NCBI GenBank assembly: GCA_964392315.1
Contig: CAYMOT010000001.1
Location: forward strand, 73,042 to 137,041
Direction: 5' to 3'
Length of the DNA: 64,000 bases
Origin: an uncultured Candidatus Saccharibacteria bacterium
GTDB taxonomy: Bacteria; Patescibacteriota; 4484-211; JAGQKX01
Position 1 is the first letter of the stretch. Each line of letters begins with the position of its first letter. Below the pieces are notes generated by a model. That model did no database searches. It saw only the letters and a list, made by a program, of their open reading frames with translations, and was not told the DNA's origin. The translations under genes were made by a program, and so were the position numbers. Of the stretch, positions 37,568 through 46,124 are shown one piece after another.

Positions 37568-38068
37568 ATGCGTGTAAAGAAAGAGTCAGTACAGCATATC
37601 GTCATAGGCATTGTTATTGCCATTTTTGCCGTTGTCCAGCTACTCAAGAGCGAGCAGCCACCCAGTGTATTAAGTGGTAACAGTAATTATGGATATGTAA
37701 CCCGGGTGGTGGACGGTGACACTATTGAGCTGAGTACAGGCGATATTGTTCGGTATATCGGGATCGACACTCCCGAACTACATAAAACACCAGAGTGCGG
37801 GGCGGTAGAGGCAACAGAACTCAACCAACAGCTGGTTCTTAATAAAGAAGTGCTTTTGGTCAAAGATGTCTCAGAAACAGATCGGTATGGAAGACTACTT
37901 CGATACGTATATATTGGTGATACATTCGTGAACGCCACGTTGGTTCAGGAAGGATTTGCCACTACCGCTACCTTTCCCCCTGACGTAGCATATGAGCAAG
38001 AATTTCGTCTGCTGCAAGCGGCAGCACAAAGAGACAATAAAGGGTTGTGGGGTGAATGTCAGCAGTAG
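37568..38068 (+). CDS. Thermonuclease (staphylococcal nuclease, SNase-like), membrane-anchored
   Basis: SNase motifs GDTIEL...IRYIGIDTPE and RYGRLL...Y. I place the start at the internal Met (MRVKKE..., 37568) so that the TM anchor is N-terminal. The long ORF from 37442 would overlap the divergent gene by 100 bp. Confidence 0.7.
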   Translation: MRVKKESVQHIVIGIVIAIFAVVQLLKSEQPPSVLSGNSNYGYVTRVVDGDTIELSTGDIVRYIGIDTPELHKTPECGAVEATELNQQLVLNKEVLLVKDVSETDRYGRLLRYVYIGDTFVNATLVQEGFATTATFPPDVAYEQEFRLLQAAAQRDNKGLWGECQQ

Positions 38069-38072
38069 CCTC

Positions 38073-40595
38073 TTACCGTTCTACCCACGTACCATCGCGC
38101 ATCGCCCAACCAGTGCTTGTTCCACCAGAGATTGTCGCATCGGTGAGGCCTTCTTCAAATATAATATCGACGTTATTCTGAAGTTCAATAGTATGCGCGG
38201 TAATTTCAAGCATTTGTGATGAGTTATTGATGAGTACTTTGCCGTCTTTGGCATACAGTATTGCTTCGGTGATATTGTTATTATCGAGTGTTATAGCGGG
38301 ATTTGACAGATTACTATACTCCGATATTAGAAGTACAAAACTGTCTCCCTGCCCCGAACCCCTCAATTGATTGTTGTTTGAGAGTAATGCCCTTCCAGAA
38401 GTAACAATGACACCACCATTGCCCCCGTACGACGAATCCAGCCGGACAATATTATTATTATCCAAGGTCATGTCCCCTTGCACCCACAGTGTACCGGTTA
38501 TGGTGAGCGAGCAGTTGTTTGAAAGGGTCAAATTCCCCGTGATTTTTAATGGTCCGATTGTGCTATTGCACGTTGAGTAATCCCCTACGTGTGTACCACC
38601 CGTCCCCGCATCCGCCTTCCAGTCATCAATTTGAGCTTGTGAAATAGGAAAATCAAGCTGTGGTGGGTCAGCACTCCCGGGATGGTATGATCCCGCACTG
38701 ACATTATTGGTGCTTTGATAATATGCACCGCCAGTGACACTAACATTTTCAATGCGATTCGCATGCAGATCTCCATCAACCGCCACATTGTTAGTACCGT
38801 AAAACCCAGTATTATTACCACCAATCACCACTCGAAAATTAAGATCATACGAAACGTTTGACCATCCTCCTGATGACCAGTTACTCGATACTTTTGCTTG
38901 CCCCGAAGCATAACCAAGCGCGACGTCCCCTGCCCACTGATAGTAATTCGTGGCATTTGACCCCCCATCGAGCACAATCCAATACGTCTGACCAGTAGTA
39001 AGCGTTGGTGCACTGCTCAGGTCAACAGTTATCCAATTATAGGCTGTGGTAACCCACGAACTATTGAGGGTACCCGACGCAAGCTGCTGTCCACTTCCTC
39101 CCGGATTACCCCCGCTCGATGAAACCAGACGTAAGGTCAGGTTCGATGGATTACCAGTCTTTTTTAATAACACTGACACTTCATTTACAATACCCGTCGA
39201 TGTTGCAATAAAACTCTGCGCAGGATCACGACGTGCTGATGCATCTCCGAATGTGTATCCCTGTGGTTGTAAACTATAACCAGCAACCCACGTAGGATCA
39301 TTACCATCTGTCCCTGCAGTTGAGCCTAATTGTCCATCTCGGTTATACGACGTCGCGTCTTGCGCGACTTGCCCGCTTCCATCGTTAAATGGCCAGTACG
39401 CAACGAGATTTGAGTCTGCAGGATTAACTGACTGCGTCATGTATGTTTGGATTTGGGCTTGGGTTCTGGCAACATTCCACACCCTAACCTCATCGATTAC
39501 TCCATCCCATGGGGCATACGCGTTTGGTCCCTGACCAATCCATACCGGCATTGTCGGATCTGTCTTTATTCTGCCTGTCTTGTTCATTTGACCTACGAGA
39601 ACCCCATCCACGTACAAGCGCATCTTGCTCCCGTCGTACGTAGCTGCAACGTGATACCACCTGTTCGTAGTAAGTGCCCCCGAGGTTGCAATAAGTACAG
39701 CGGTGCCATCCTCAGCCGTATCGCCTGAGTTCGTTTTCAAGCGAAATCGTAGAAACGGTTGGTTCCCTGCGCCTTTTATGGTCGTAAGTTGCCACCAGTG
39801 GTATTCTTCGTCGTTATTGCCGGTCCAGTTTGGATTTGACTTTGAAATAATGCGCCCATCTTTTGATGGACCAACAAAGCTTTCGGCAAATACCCACGCC
39901 TCTAGTGTAAGCCCATCGTTCCCTGTCCCCCCAGGTGTCACATCAAACGTTCCTGCCTGTACTTGATCATCTCCATCAAAGTTAAGCCCATTTCCTACAC
40001 TCGCACCACCGCCGTTTTGTTCATATGAAACTGTCGTATCCGGATTTGCGGATCCCGCAACCCACACATCGCCAATGATTTCGGAATTGTTTCCCGCGTG
40101 AATATCGCCGTTCGAATATACACTTCCTTGAATATCGTTGTTGTTTGCTAAAATAATTCCCCCTTCACCTGCCTGCATACCATAGTGGAAACTAATATCC
40201 GAACCAGAATTGATAGCCTCAATCTCTAATGTTTTTTCAATAATTGGATCTGTTGCATTCGGAATGTACCCAGTAGCTACTATCCGTTTTGTAGAGCCAT
40301 CGATATCGGTAATGATGGTGGTAAATACTCCATCACCAAGCGCGGTTTCTGTTTCACCGGTGTAGCTACTGTCCTGATTGAGGCTCCAAATCGCCTTATC
40401 AAGTGCCCCCTCGGTAATTGCAAGCACTTTTTCTTCTAAATGAGCCTTGCCTTCGGTATATACAAACCCTCCTACCCGTTGCCACAAAAACCCAGCAAGT
40501 ACTGAGACCGATGCAAGAATAATAGACGTTAGGAGAAGCACCGCACCTCTTTGGTTACGATATAAACTGAGCTTGTGGTAAAAAATGTTTCTCAT
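38073..40595 (-). CDS. Giant minor-pilin-like protein with LamG (concanavalin A-like lectin) domain, putative pilus-tip adhesin
   Basis: N-terminal prepilin-like segment QRG|AVLLLTSIILASV lacking Glu5, as in GspK/PilX-type minor pilins. Central laminin-G/pentraxin-like block (LEAWVFA...WYHVAATYDGSKMRLYVDGVLVG...WDGVIDEVRVWNVARTQAQI). Asn/Gly/Ser/Thr-rich beta-rich C-terminal region. Last gene of the pilin operon. Confidence 0.65.
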   Translation of the reverse strand: MRNIFYHKLSLYRNQRGAVLLLTSIILASVSVLAGFLWQRVGGFVYTEGKAHLEEKVLAITEGALDKAIWSLNQDSSYTGETETALGDGVFTTIITDIDGSTKRIVATGYIPNATDPIIEKTLEIEAINSGSDISFHYGMQAGEGGIILANNNDIQGSVYSNGDIHAGNNSEIIGDVWVAGSANPDTTVSYEQNGGGASVGNGLNFDGDDQVQAGTFDVTPGGTGNDGLTLEAWVFAESFVGPSKDGRIISKSNPNWTGNNDEEYHWWQLTTIKGAGNQPFLRFRLKTNSGDTAEDGTAVLIATSGALTTNRWYHVAATYDGSKMRLYVDGVLVGQMNKTGRIKTDPTMPVWIGQGPNAYAPWDGVIDEVRVWNVARTQAQIQTYMTQSVNPADSNLVAYWPFNDGSGQVAQDATSYNRDGQLGSTAGTDGNDPTWVAGYSLQPQGYTFGDASARRDPAQSFIATSTGIVNEVSVLLKKTGNPSNLTLRLVSSSGGNPGGSGQQLASGTLNSSWVTTAYNWITVDLSSAPTLTTGQTYWIVLDGGSNATNYYQWAGDVALGYASGQAKVSSNWSSGGWSNVSYDLNFRVVIGGNNTGFYGTNNVAVDGDLHANRIENVSVTGGAYYQSTNNVSAGSYHPGSADPPQLDFPISQAQIDDWKADAGTGGTHVGDYSTCNSTIGPLKITGNLTLSNNCSLTITGTLWVQGDMTLDNNNIVRLDSSYGGNGGVIVTSGRALLSNNNQLRGSGQGDSFVLLISEYSNLSNPAITLDNNNITEAILYAKDGKVLINNSSQMLEITAHTIELQNNVDIIFEEGLTDATISGGTSTGWAMRDGTWVER

Positions 40596-40596
40596 A

Positions 40597-41175
40597 TTAT
40601 TGATTACGCATGTTAATGCTTGTCGAGCGTGTTATTGACTGTGTGCCGGCGTAGTTCTCTTTCTCCAATGTAAATGTAACAGTCACGAGATTCGCTTCCT
40701 CGGGAAACAATGTGTCATATTCGATAAGCAGCGACGTTATTTCTTCTGCCGCCAGACGGTCAAATGCCGTTCGAGCGCTGGATGCATTCGGAATCGCTCG
40801 CCACCGAAAATCGCCGACATTCACGGTATCTTTATAAAATACAAAATAGTCATATACCCCCACAATCGGGTTGCCAGACCCGTCGATTGCAGGGACTCGG
40901 AGTACGATTTCATCATCCCCTGACGCGAACGTATCTCCACCGTCGGTCACCGTATCCTCTACACCTTCTGCTCGTCGCAAATTGGTGAGCAAAAACGTAT
41001 TAAGCAAGTTTGCCGACTCAATAACCCGAATTTCTAGGTCTTGGTTCTGGTATAAGTCAATGGCATTTCGAAAGATTCCTGATAAAAATACTGATAATAT
41101 CCCAACCAGCGCTACCACCAGCAAAAGCTCGAGTAATGACGTACCCCGTGCGTTTAGAAAAGTGTTTTTATTCAT
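40597..41175 (-). CDS. Type IV pilin/pseudopilin-like protein (192 aa)
   Basis: Class III signal peptide: NARG|TSLLELLLVVALVGIL, with Glu at +5. Confidence 0.7.
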   Translation of the reverse strand: MNKNTFLNARGTSLLELLLVVALVGILSVFLSGIFRNAIDLYQNQDLEIRVIESANLLNTFLLTNLRRAEGVEDTVTDGGDTFASGDDEIVLRVPAIDGSGNPIVGVYDYFVFYKDTVNVGDFRWRAIPNASSARTAFDRLAAEEITSLLIEYDTLFPEEANLVTVTFTLEKENYAGTQSITRSTSINMRNQ

Positions 41176-41582
41176 TTTCCTACCCCCCCATTGGTAAGCA
41201 GTGACGTGAGCGCAACATCTCGCGGTACCCCTTTGTCAAGCCAATTGATCGTAACCTCAACTTGCACAATGCCACTGTCAGCACTTCCGTAATCACTAAA
41301 AACCGCAGAACCTGTACCGTTGGGCAGTGATGCAAGCTCAGGGTCTGAGATTGCCACAGTACCACTCGGTAACAGGTTAAAGTCCATAGCACGATAAATC
41401 TCCAAATGCTCGATACCGATAGATCTACCGATATCATCAAACCTACCGCGGTTGGTAAATCGAAGTGTTTGGGTCATTACATCAAAGAAGCTAAACACGA
41501 GGGTCAAAAGTAGGACCGAAATTACTACCTCAAGAAGGGTAAATCCACGTTCACTCTGTAGGGCAGCACGAACATGTTTCAT
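41172..41582 (-). CDS. Type IV pilin-like protein (136 aa)
   Basis: Canonical prepilin N-terminus SERG|FTLLEVVISVLLL. Overlaps the next pilin gene by 4 bp. Confidence 0.75.
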   Translation of the reverse strand: MKHVRAALQSERGFTLLEVVISVLLLTLVFSFFDVMTQTLRFTNRGRFDDIGRSIGIEHLEIYRAMDFNLLPSGTVAISDPELASLPNGTGSAVFSDYGSADSGIVQVEVTINWLDKGVPRDVALTSLLTNGGVGK

Positions 41583-41624
41583 TACTTGTATAGTAACGAT
41601 ATCATACAGCCTTTACAAGGTATA

Positions 41625-42725
41625 CTACAAACCGAGCGCTATCAACTCTTTGGGGCTTTGAGACAAAACCTCCGGGCCGTCAGCGGTCATCACTACCAAA
41701 TCTTCGATGCGTACACCACCAATACCAGGCAAATACACCCCCGGCTCTACGGTAAACACCATACCTTCAGTCAGCACATGAGGGCTTCGGGCAGTGAGAC
41801 TCGGTAACTCATGAATCGCAAGACCTACTCCATGCCCGAGGCTATGCGTGAAGTATTTCGCATATTTCCCGAGTGCCGCTCCAGAAATATCATATGCTTC
41901 ATCCCCAGTCATTCCTATGTGCAAATTCCGTATAACCTCTTCTTGTGCAGCAAGCACGGCTTCATACACCTGGCGCATGCGTGTGCTCGGTTCACCAACG
42001 AATACCGTACGCGTCATATCCGCGTGATATCCTTCATACACCGCACCAAAATCCAATAACACCGTATCACCATATACAATCTTCTTACCTGAAGTGTGGT
42101 AATGCGGAACAGCGGAACCTGCACCTGATGCAACGATGGTCGGAAACGACAACTGCATGCCGACACTTCGGATGGATTCCTCGATCTTATAGGCAATTTC
42201 GTATTCAGTGACACCGGGTACTAGCTCTGGCAAAACTTTTGTAAAAACCTCATCTGTCATCTGAGCAGCACGACGCAATTGGTCAAGTTCACTTTCCTCC
42301 TTGACCTGCCTCTGTGTAATTATCCAGGAACTGCAGTCAACCACCTCATATCCCCCAAGCCCTCGTTTTAAGGCCAAACCGTCTTCGTAGGTAAGCGAAC
42401 GATATTCAATACCAATCGTATGATCATGCGGAATAACACGATGAATAACATGCACAATCTCATCCGCGACCGGTGCACTCGCTAAAACGTGGACATTAAA
42501 CTTAGTTTTCTCAAACAATCCGCTATTTCGTGAGTCTGCAAGAATAAAAATTTCATCATGAGTAATAAGCAGAAAAACTTCGGGGTCAAAAAAGTGGCCT
42601 ACCTGCATCACAGAGGGCAAGCTGCTCTGGTAGCCAATCAAATAGCGCACATTCAGAGGATTCGTTACCAAAAGAGCAGCAATATCTTCTTGCTGCATTC
42701 GTAAGCGCAAAGCGGCTAAACGCAT
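41625..42725 (-). CDS. Xaa-Pro aminopeptidase (M24B family)
   Basis: Pita-bread-fold metal ligands: D...D ([16 protein letters not shown]), [19 protein letters not shown]...E. 366 aa with an N-terminal creatinase-like domain. Confidence 0.85.
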   Translation of the reverse strand: MRLAALRLRMQQEDIAALLVTNPLNVRYLIGYQSSLPSVMQVGHFFDPEVFLLITHDEIFILADSRNSGLFEKTKFNVHVLASAPVADEIVHVIHRVIPHDHTIGIEYRSLTYEDGLALKRGLGGYEVVDCSSWIITQRQVKEESELDQLRRAAQMTDEVFTKVLPELVPGVTEYEIAYKIEESIRSVGMQLSFPTIVASGAGSAVPHYHTSGKKIVYGDTVLLDFGAVYEGYHADMTRTVFVGEPSTRMRQVYEAVLAAQEEVIRNLHIGMTGDEAYDISGAALGKYAKYFTHSLGHGVGLAIHELPSLTARSPHVLTEGMVFTVEPGVYLPGIGGVRIEDLVVMTADGPEVLSQSPKELIALGL

Positions 42726-42755
42726 GCTCGCATTGTACCACCACTACAATCAAAT

Positions 42756-43097
42756 CTATTTAAACAATATGAGCGTTTTGTTCTGCTCAGCGGGCGTGAC
42801 TGCCGGATCGGTCAGATATACATGGTACATCTCTGTAGGATGCGGGTAATCTTTCATTACCACTGAGTATCCTTTCCCCATCTCTTTGTATGGACCAACA
42901 AATTCATACGCGGAAAATTCGCCCTCAAGGTGCTTAATATTTGGATCATCAGCTTTGACATCACCCACCACTCTAACACCAATCCAGCCCTTCCCAAACT
43001 TCGCACCACGTTCCAGCATGCCCGCTTGTTCGTCAGCTACATACCCTTTCTGTTTTGCGACATCATAAATTTTTGTATAAGGAACCAACACTGGCAT
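42756..43097 (-). CDS. Hypothetical protein (113 aa), possibly GyrI-like/effector-binding fold
   Basis: Soluble. The C-terminus YHVYLTDP resembles GyrI-like domain termini. Weak assignment. Confidence 0.4.
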   Translation of the reverse strand: MPVLVPYTKIYDVAKQKGYVADEQAGMLERGAKFGKGWIGVRVVGDVKADDPNIKHLEGEFSAYEFVGPYKEMGKGYSVVMKDYPHPTEMYHVYLTDPAVTPAEQNKTLILFK

Positions 43098-43216
43098 GAA
43101 GAAGAAGTACTATCCACTCATAACAAAGTAGTTACCGGCTATGTTGTATTTTGAGTATTGCGTACTTGTCATACGCTTCACCCCCTTTGTACCAATTGAA
43201 TTATACTCCTACACCC

Positions 43217-43771
43217 TCACTCCAATAATTCTGGAAACCGTTTTGTAAATTTTGCAACCTTTGGAGAAATTACAACATGGCAGTACCCATTACCAGGATT
43301 TTTGGCAAAATAGTCTTGATGATACTCTTCTGCCGGATAGAACCTGTTTAACGGCAATACTTCGGTAGTTACATTGTTAAAGACACCACTTTGAGTAAGA
43401 TATTGTATCGTTTTATCCGCAATAGCCTTCTGTTCTAGTGTATTAGAAAAGATAACTGAACGGTACTGCGTGCCAACATCGTTTCCTTGCCGATTGATTT
43501 GCGTAGGGTCGTGAATAGAAAAGAAGATGTCCAAAATTTTAGAATACGATATAACACCTGGATCAAACTCCACCTGCACCACTTCTGCATGACCTGTAGT
43601 TCCAGAGCACACCTGTTCATAAGTTGGATTTTTTGTTTCTCCTCCTGCATATCCAGATGTTACCAATAGCACGCCACGTACTCGCCGATATACAGCGTCT
43701 AAACACCAAAAACATCCACCGCCAAGCGTTGCCGTTTCCACTATATTGTTTGTATTAGCTCTTTCGTGCAT
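43217..43771 (-). CDS. msrA: Peptide methionine sulfoxide reductase MsrA
   Basis: Active-site GGGCFWC motif near the N-terminus, 184 aa. Confidence 0.85.
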   Translation of the reverse strand: MHERANTNNIVETATLGGGCFWCLDAVYRRVRGVLLVTSGYAGGETKNPTYEQVCSGTTGHAEVVQVEFDPGVISYSKILDIFFSIHDPTQINRQGNDVGTQYRSVIFSNTLEQKAIADKTIQYLTQSGVFNNVTTEVLPLNRFYPAEEYHQDYFAKNPGNGYCHVVISPKVAKFTKRFPELLE

Positions 43772-44411
43772 AGCGTCTTAGAAAATATCCAAACACTCCC
43801 CCAACAATGACAAGCCCCCCAACCCATATAAGCGTACCCCAAACGCTGTCCACCCCAACGTACAAAAAAAGGACGATGGACACAACGGTAGGGATTGCAG
43901 CAAAAAGTATCGTGATCAAATAGTACGTCTTAAAATTCATATTTGTCAGTCCTGCTGCATACGATATGATTTCAAAAAAAGGAAACCCGAACATCCTACA
44001 TATAATAAGCATTTTCTTACCAGTGAGCGCAACAAACCGATCAAGATCTGCCGACTCTTTTCCAAGTAACCGTACTACCCACACCCGTCCAAATCGCCGT
44101 GCTATCCAGAAATTAATCACTGCACTGATCAATCCAGCAATATACAGCAATACAAACGTTTGAACGATTCCAAACAACGAAAGTCCCAGTAAAACTCCAG
44201 GACTCCCAATAACTGGAGCAAAAATGTGTGAAAGTACAAAAAAGAGGATCAACAGTAGCGGCCCGAATAACCCAATCTTCGCGATAAACGCTCCTGATGA
44301 TTCAGCAGTAAGCACCGGAACCAATAGTTGTATCAGTAAGGAAATTCCAAGAAAAAAACTTAAAATCTTGAGGCTGTGCACCAGCGTTGACCGAGGAACG
44401 TTCTTAAACAT
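43755..44411 (-). CDS. DedA/TVP38-TMEM64 family membrane protein
   Basis: Polytopic. Conserved central pattern LLYIAGLISAVINFWIARRFGRVWVVRLLG matches the DedA signature region. 218 aa. Confidence 0.55.
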   Translation of the reverse strand: MFKNVPRSTLVHSLKILSFFLGISLLIQLLVPVLTAESSGAFIAKIGLFGPLLLILFFVLSHIFAPVIGSPGVLLGLSLFGIVQTFVLLYIAGLISAVINFWIARRFGRVWVVRLLGKESADLDRFVALTGKKMLIICRMFGFPFFEIISYAAGLTNMNFKTYYLITILFAAIPTVVSIVLFLYVGVDSVWGTLIWVGGLVIVGGVFGYFLRRYARKS

Positions 44412-44463
44412 TGACTAGTTCTACCGCAACATACTATCAGAAATCAACCAATGAGCCCTAATA

Positions 44464-44961
44464 CTATTCCGCGAGCTCCCCTATTAAAAACTGCGGCAAT
44501 AAGCTGCGTGCCATTTCAGAGTGCGGACCCTTGTTATTCGCACGGTTTTCAAAAAACGATGTTGCATCTTTCCCACAACCAAAAACGATTGCTTGCCCAC
44601 CTGGGTGGCTTGATATGAAGTCTGTAACATCGTACACATTGCCATTGATTGCCATCCAACAATCACTCTGTGTCGCATGTAGTGCAATCTCTTCAAGCGT
44701 TATTGCACTCTCTCCGGAAACATCACCTGGTGTAATCTGTGCTGGGTCTTGGGTCACACTCGGTTCGGGGGACACGGACTGGGTACGAGGGCTTGGCACG
44801 GGGGTTGGCGTCGGTGCCGGTGAAGGTGCTTCGCCTGTGTTGTTTAGCATAAATAAACCACCGACTACCAGAACGAACAATGCAATGAATACTATGCCTT
44901 TGTTGTTTGATCCTGACATCCCTAGAGTGTAACGAATGGAGTGCAACATGCCAAGGTACAC
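44464..44961 (-). CDS. Cytochrome b5-like heme-binding domain protein, membrane-anchored
   Basis: N-terminal TM helix, Pro/Thr-rich linker, then the b5 core: LEEIALHATQSDCWMAINGNVYDVTDFISSHPGGQAIVFGCGKDATSFFE (HPGG motif plus downstream ligand region). Confidence 0.75.
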   Translation of the reverse strand: MYLGMLHSIRYTLGMSGSNNKGIVFIALFVLVVGGLFMLNNTGEAPSPAPTPTPVPSPRTQSVSPEPSVTQDPAQITPGDVSGESAITLEEIALHATQSDCWMAINGNVYDVTDFISSHPGGQAIVFGCGKDATSFFENRANNKGPHSEMARSLLPQFLIGELAE

Positions 44962-45095
44962 AATACCGCTTTAAACCAATCAACCGAGAAATATACTGAA
45001 TTTGAAGGAGATACGAAGAAAAAAACAGATATGCAAAAAGGGCCGCTCCCTACGGTTTAACCACAAGAGAGACAGGCCCTTTTGCATACAAAAAA

Positions 45096-45356
45096 TTATT
45101 GCTCTTTTGGACGAGCAACATTTACAACGAGCGCTCTGCCTTCGAGTTCATGACCGTTCATTCCATTGATCGCGGCTTGTGCTTCTTCCTCAGTGCTCAT
45201 AGTTACAAATCCAAATCCTTTGCTACGTCCAGTTTGTCGGTCTTCGATAACAACAGCTTCAACAACTGTTCCGAATTGTGAAAACATTTCTGAAAGCTGT
45301 GCGCCAGTTACTTTATAAGGCAGATTGCCTACAAATAATTTTTTATTGTCTTGCAT
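45096..45356 (-). CDS. RRM-domain RNA-binding protein
   Basis: RNP2 LFVGNL and RNP1 KGFGFVTM. 86 aa. Confidence 0.8.
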   Translation of the reverse strand: MQDNKKLFVGNLPYKVTGAQLSEMFSQFGTVVEAVVIEDRQTGRSKGFGFVTMSTEEEAQAAINGMNGHELEGRALVVNVARPKEQ

Positions 45357-45406
45357 TGATAATCACCCCCAGGTGCTATCGTGTATTCGATTTAACGTCG
45401 AGTTGA

Positions 45407-45432
45407 GGGTTCCTACAGGAGGGCTCGAACCG
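45407..45432 (-). other. tRNA 3'-end-like fragment (T-loop to ACC), possible integration-site relic
   Basis: Minus strand reads GGTTCGAGCCCTCC-TGTAGGA-ACCC: T-loop, T-stem 3' half, acceptor 3' half, discriminator and CC. There is no matching 5' half, so it is not a gene. Confidence 0.35.
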
Positions 45433-45566
45433 AACAGTCAAACGAACCAACGCGCATATTATACTCGAGAAATGCAAGTTTGGCTACATTATTGTTGTTA
45501 ATCACTTCCTAAGCGGTATACAATTACATAAATGTACCCCTGCGCTCACTTACAGAGCAAAGAAAT

Positions 45567-46124
45567 ATGCACATCACTCTTACCATGATACAGTCGATTT
45601 ACGAAGAGCAGGTAGAAGCACTGTATAAATACTTCTATTTCAAAACACTCTCCACACCTGATGCTGAAGACCTTACTAGCCAAACATTCTTAGAATTCAC
45701 CAAATCTGTTGTGGCAGAAAAAAGCATTGATGATCCCGTAAAGTACCTATATGGTGTTGCGCACAATGTATTTATTGCTTATTTAAAAAAGAGATATACC
45801 CAAGAAGAACTTGTACAGGTACTGACGCGGTTAAACGACGGTAATCCCCAAGAGCTAGTCGAGGAATATACCGAGCTCGTAGAATCACAACCCACCCTTG
45901 AAGAAAGAGCAAATCACTTCATTCAACAATTGCCGGAGAAACAAAGACTCCTCATTACCCTCCGTTTGATTGACAAACTCACTCCAAGCGAGATTAGCGA
46001 TAAAATAGGTAAAGATACAAACTACGTCAAAACAACCCTCAAGCGAGGCATGAAGTCACTCAGACAGGCTATTGCGTGTACCCCAGCCGCCACTATCATT
46101 ACAGAACCAACTGATCATGTATAA
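45567..46124 (+). CDS. ECF-type sigma-70 family RNA polymerase sigma factor
   Basis: Region 2-like N-terminus (YKYFYFKT...AEDLTSQTFLEF) and a region 4 HTH (LTPSEISDKIGKDTNYVKTTLKRGMKSLR). 185 aa. Confidence 0.75.
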   Translation: MHITLTMIQSIYEEQVEALYKYFYFKTLSTPDAEDLTSQTFLEFTKSVVAEKSIDDPVKYLYGVAHNVFIAYLKKRYTQEELVQVLTRLNDGNPQELVEEYTELVESQPTLEERANHFIQQLPEKQRLLITLRLIDKLTPSEISDKIGKDTNYVKTTLKRGMKSLRQAIACTPAATIITEPTDHV

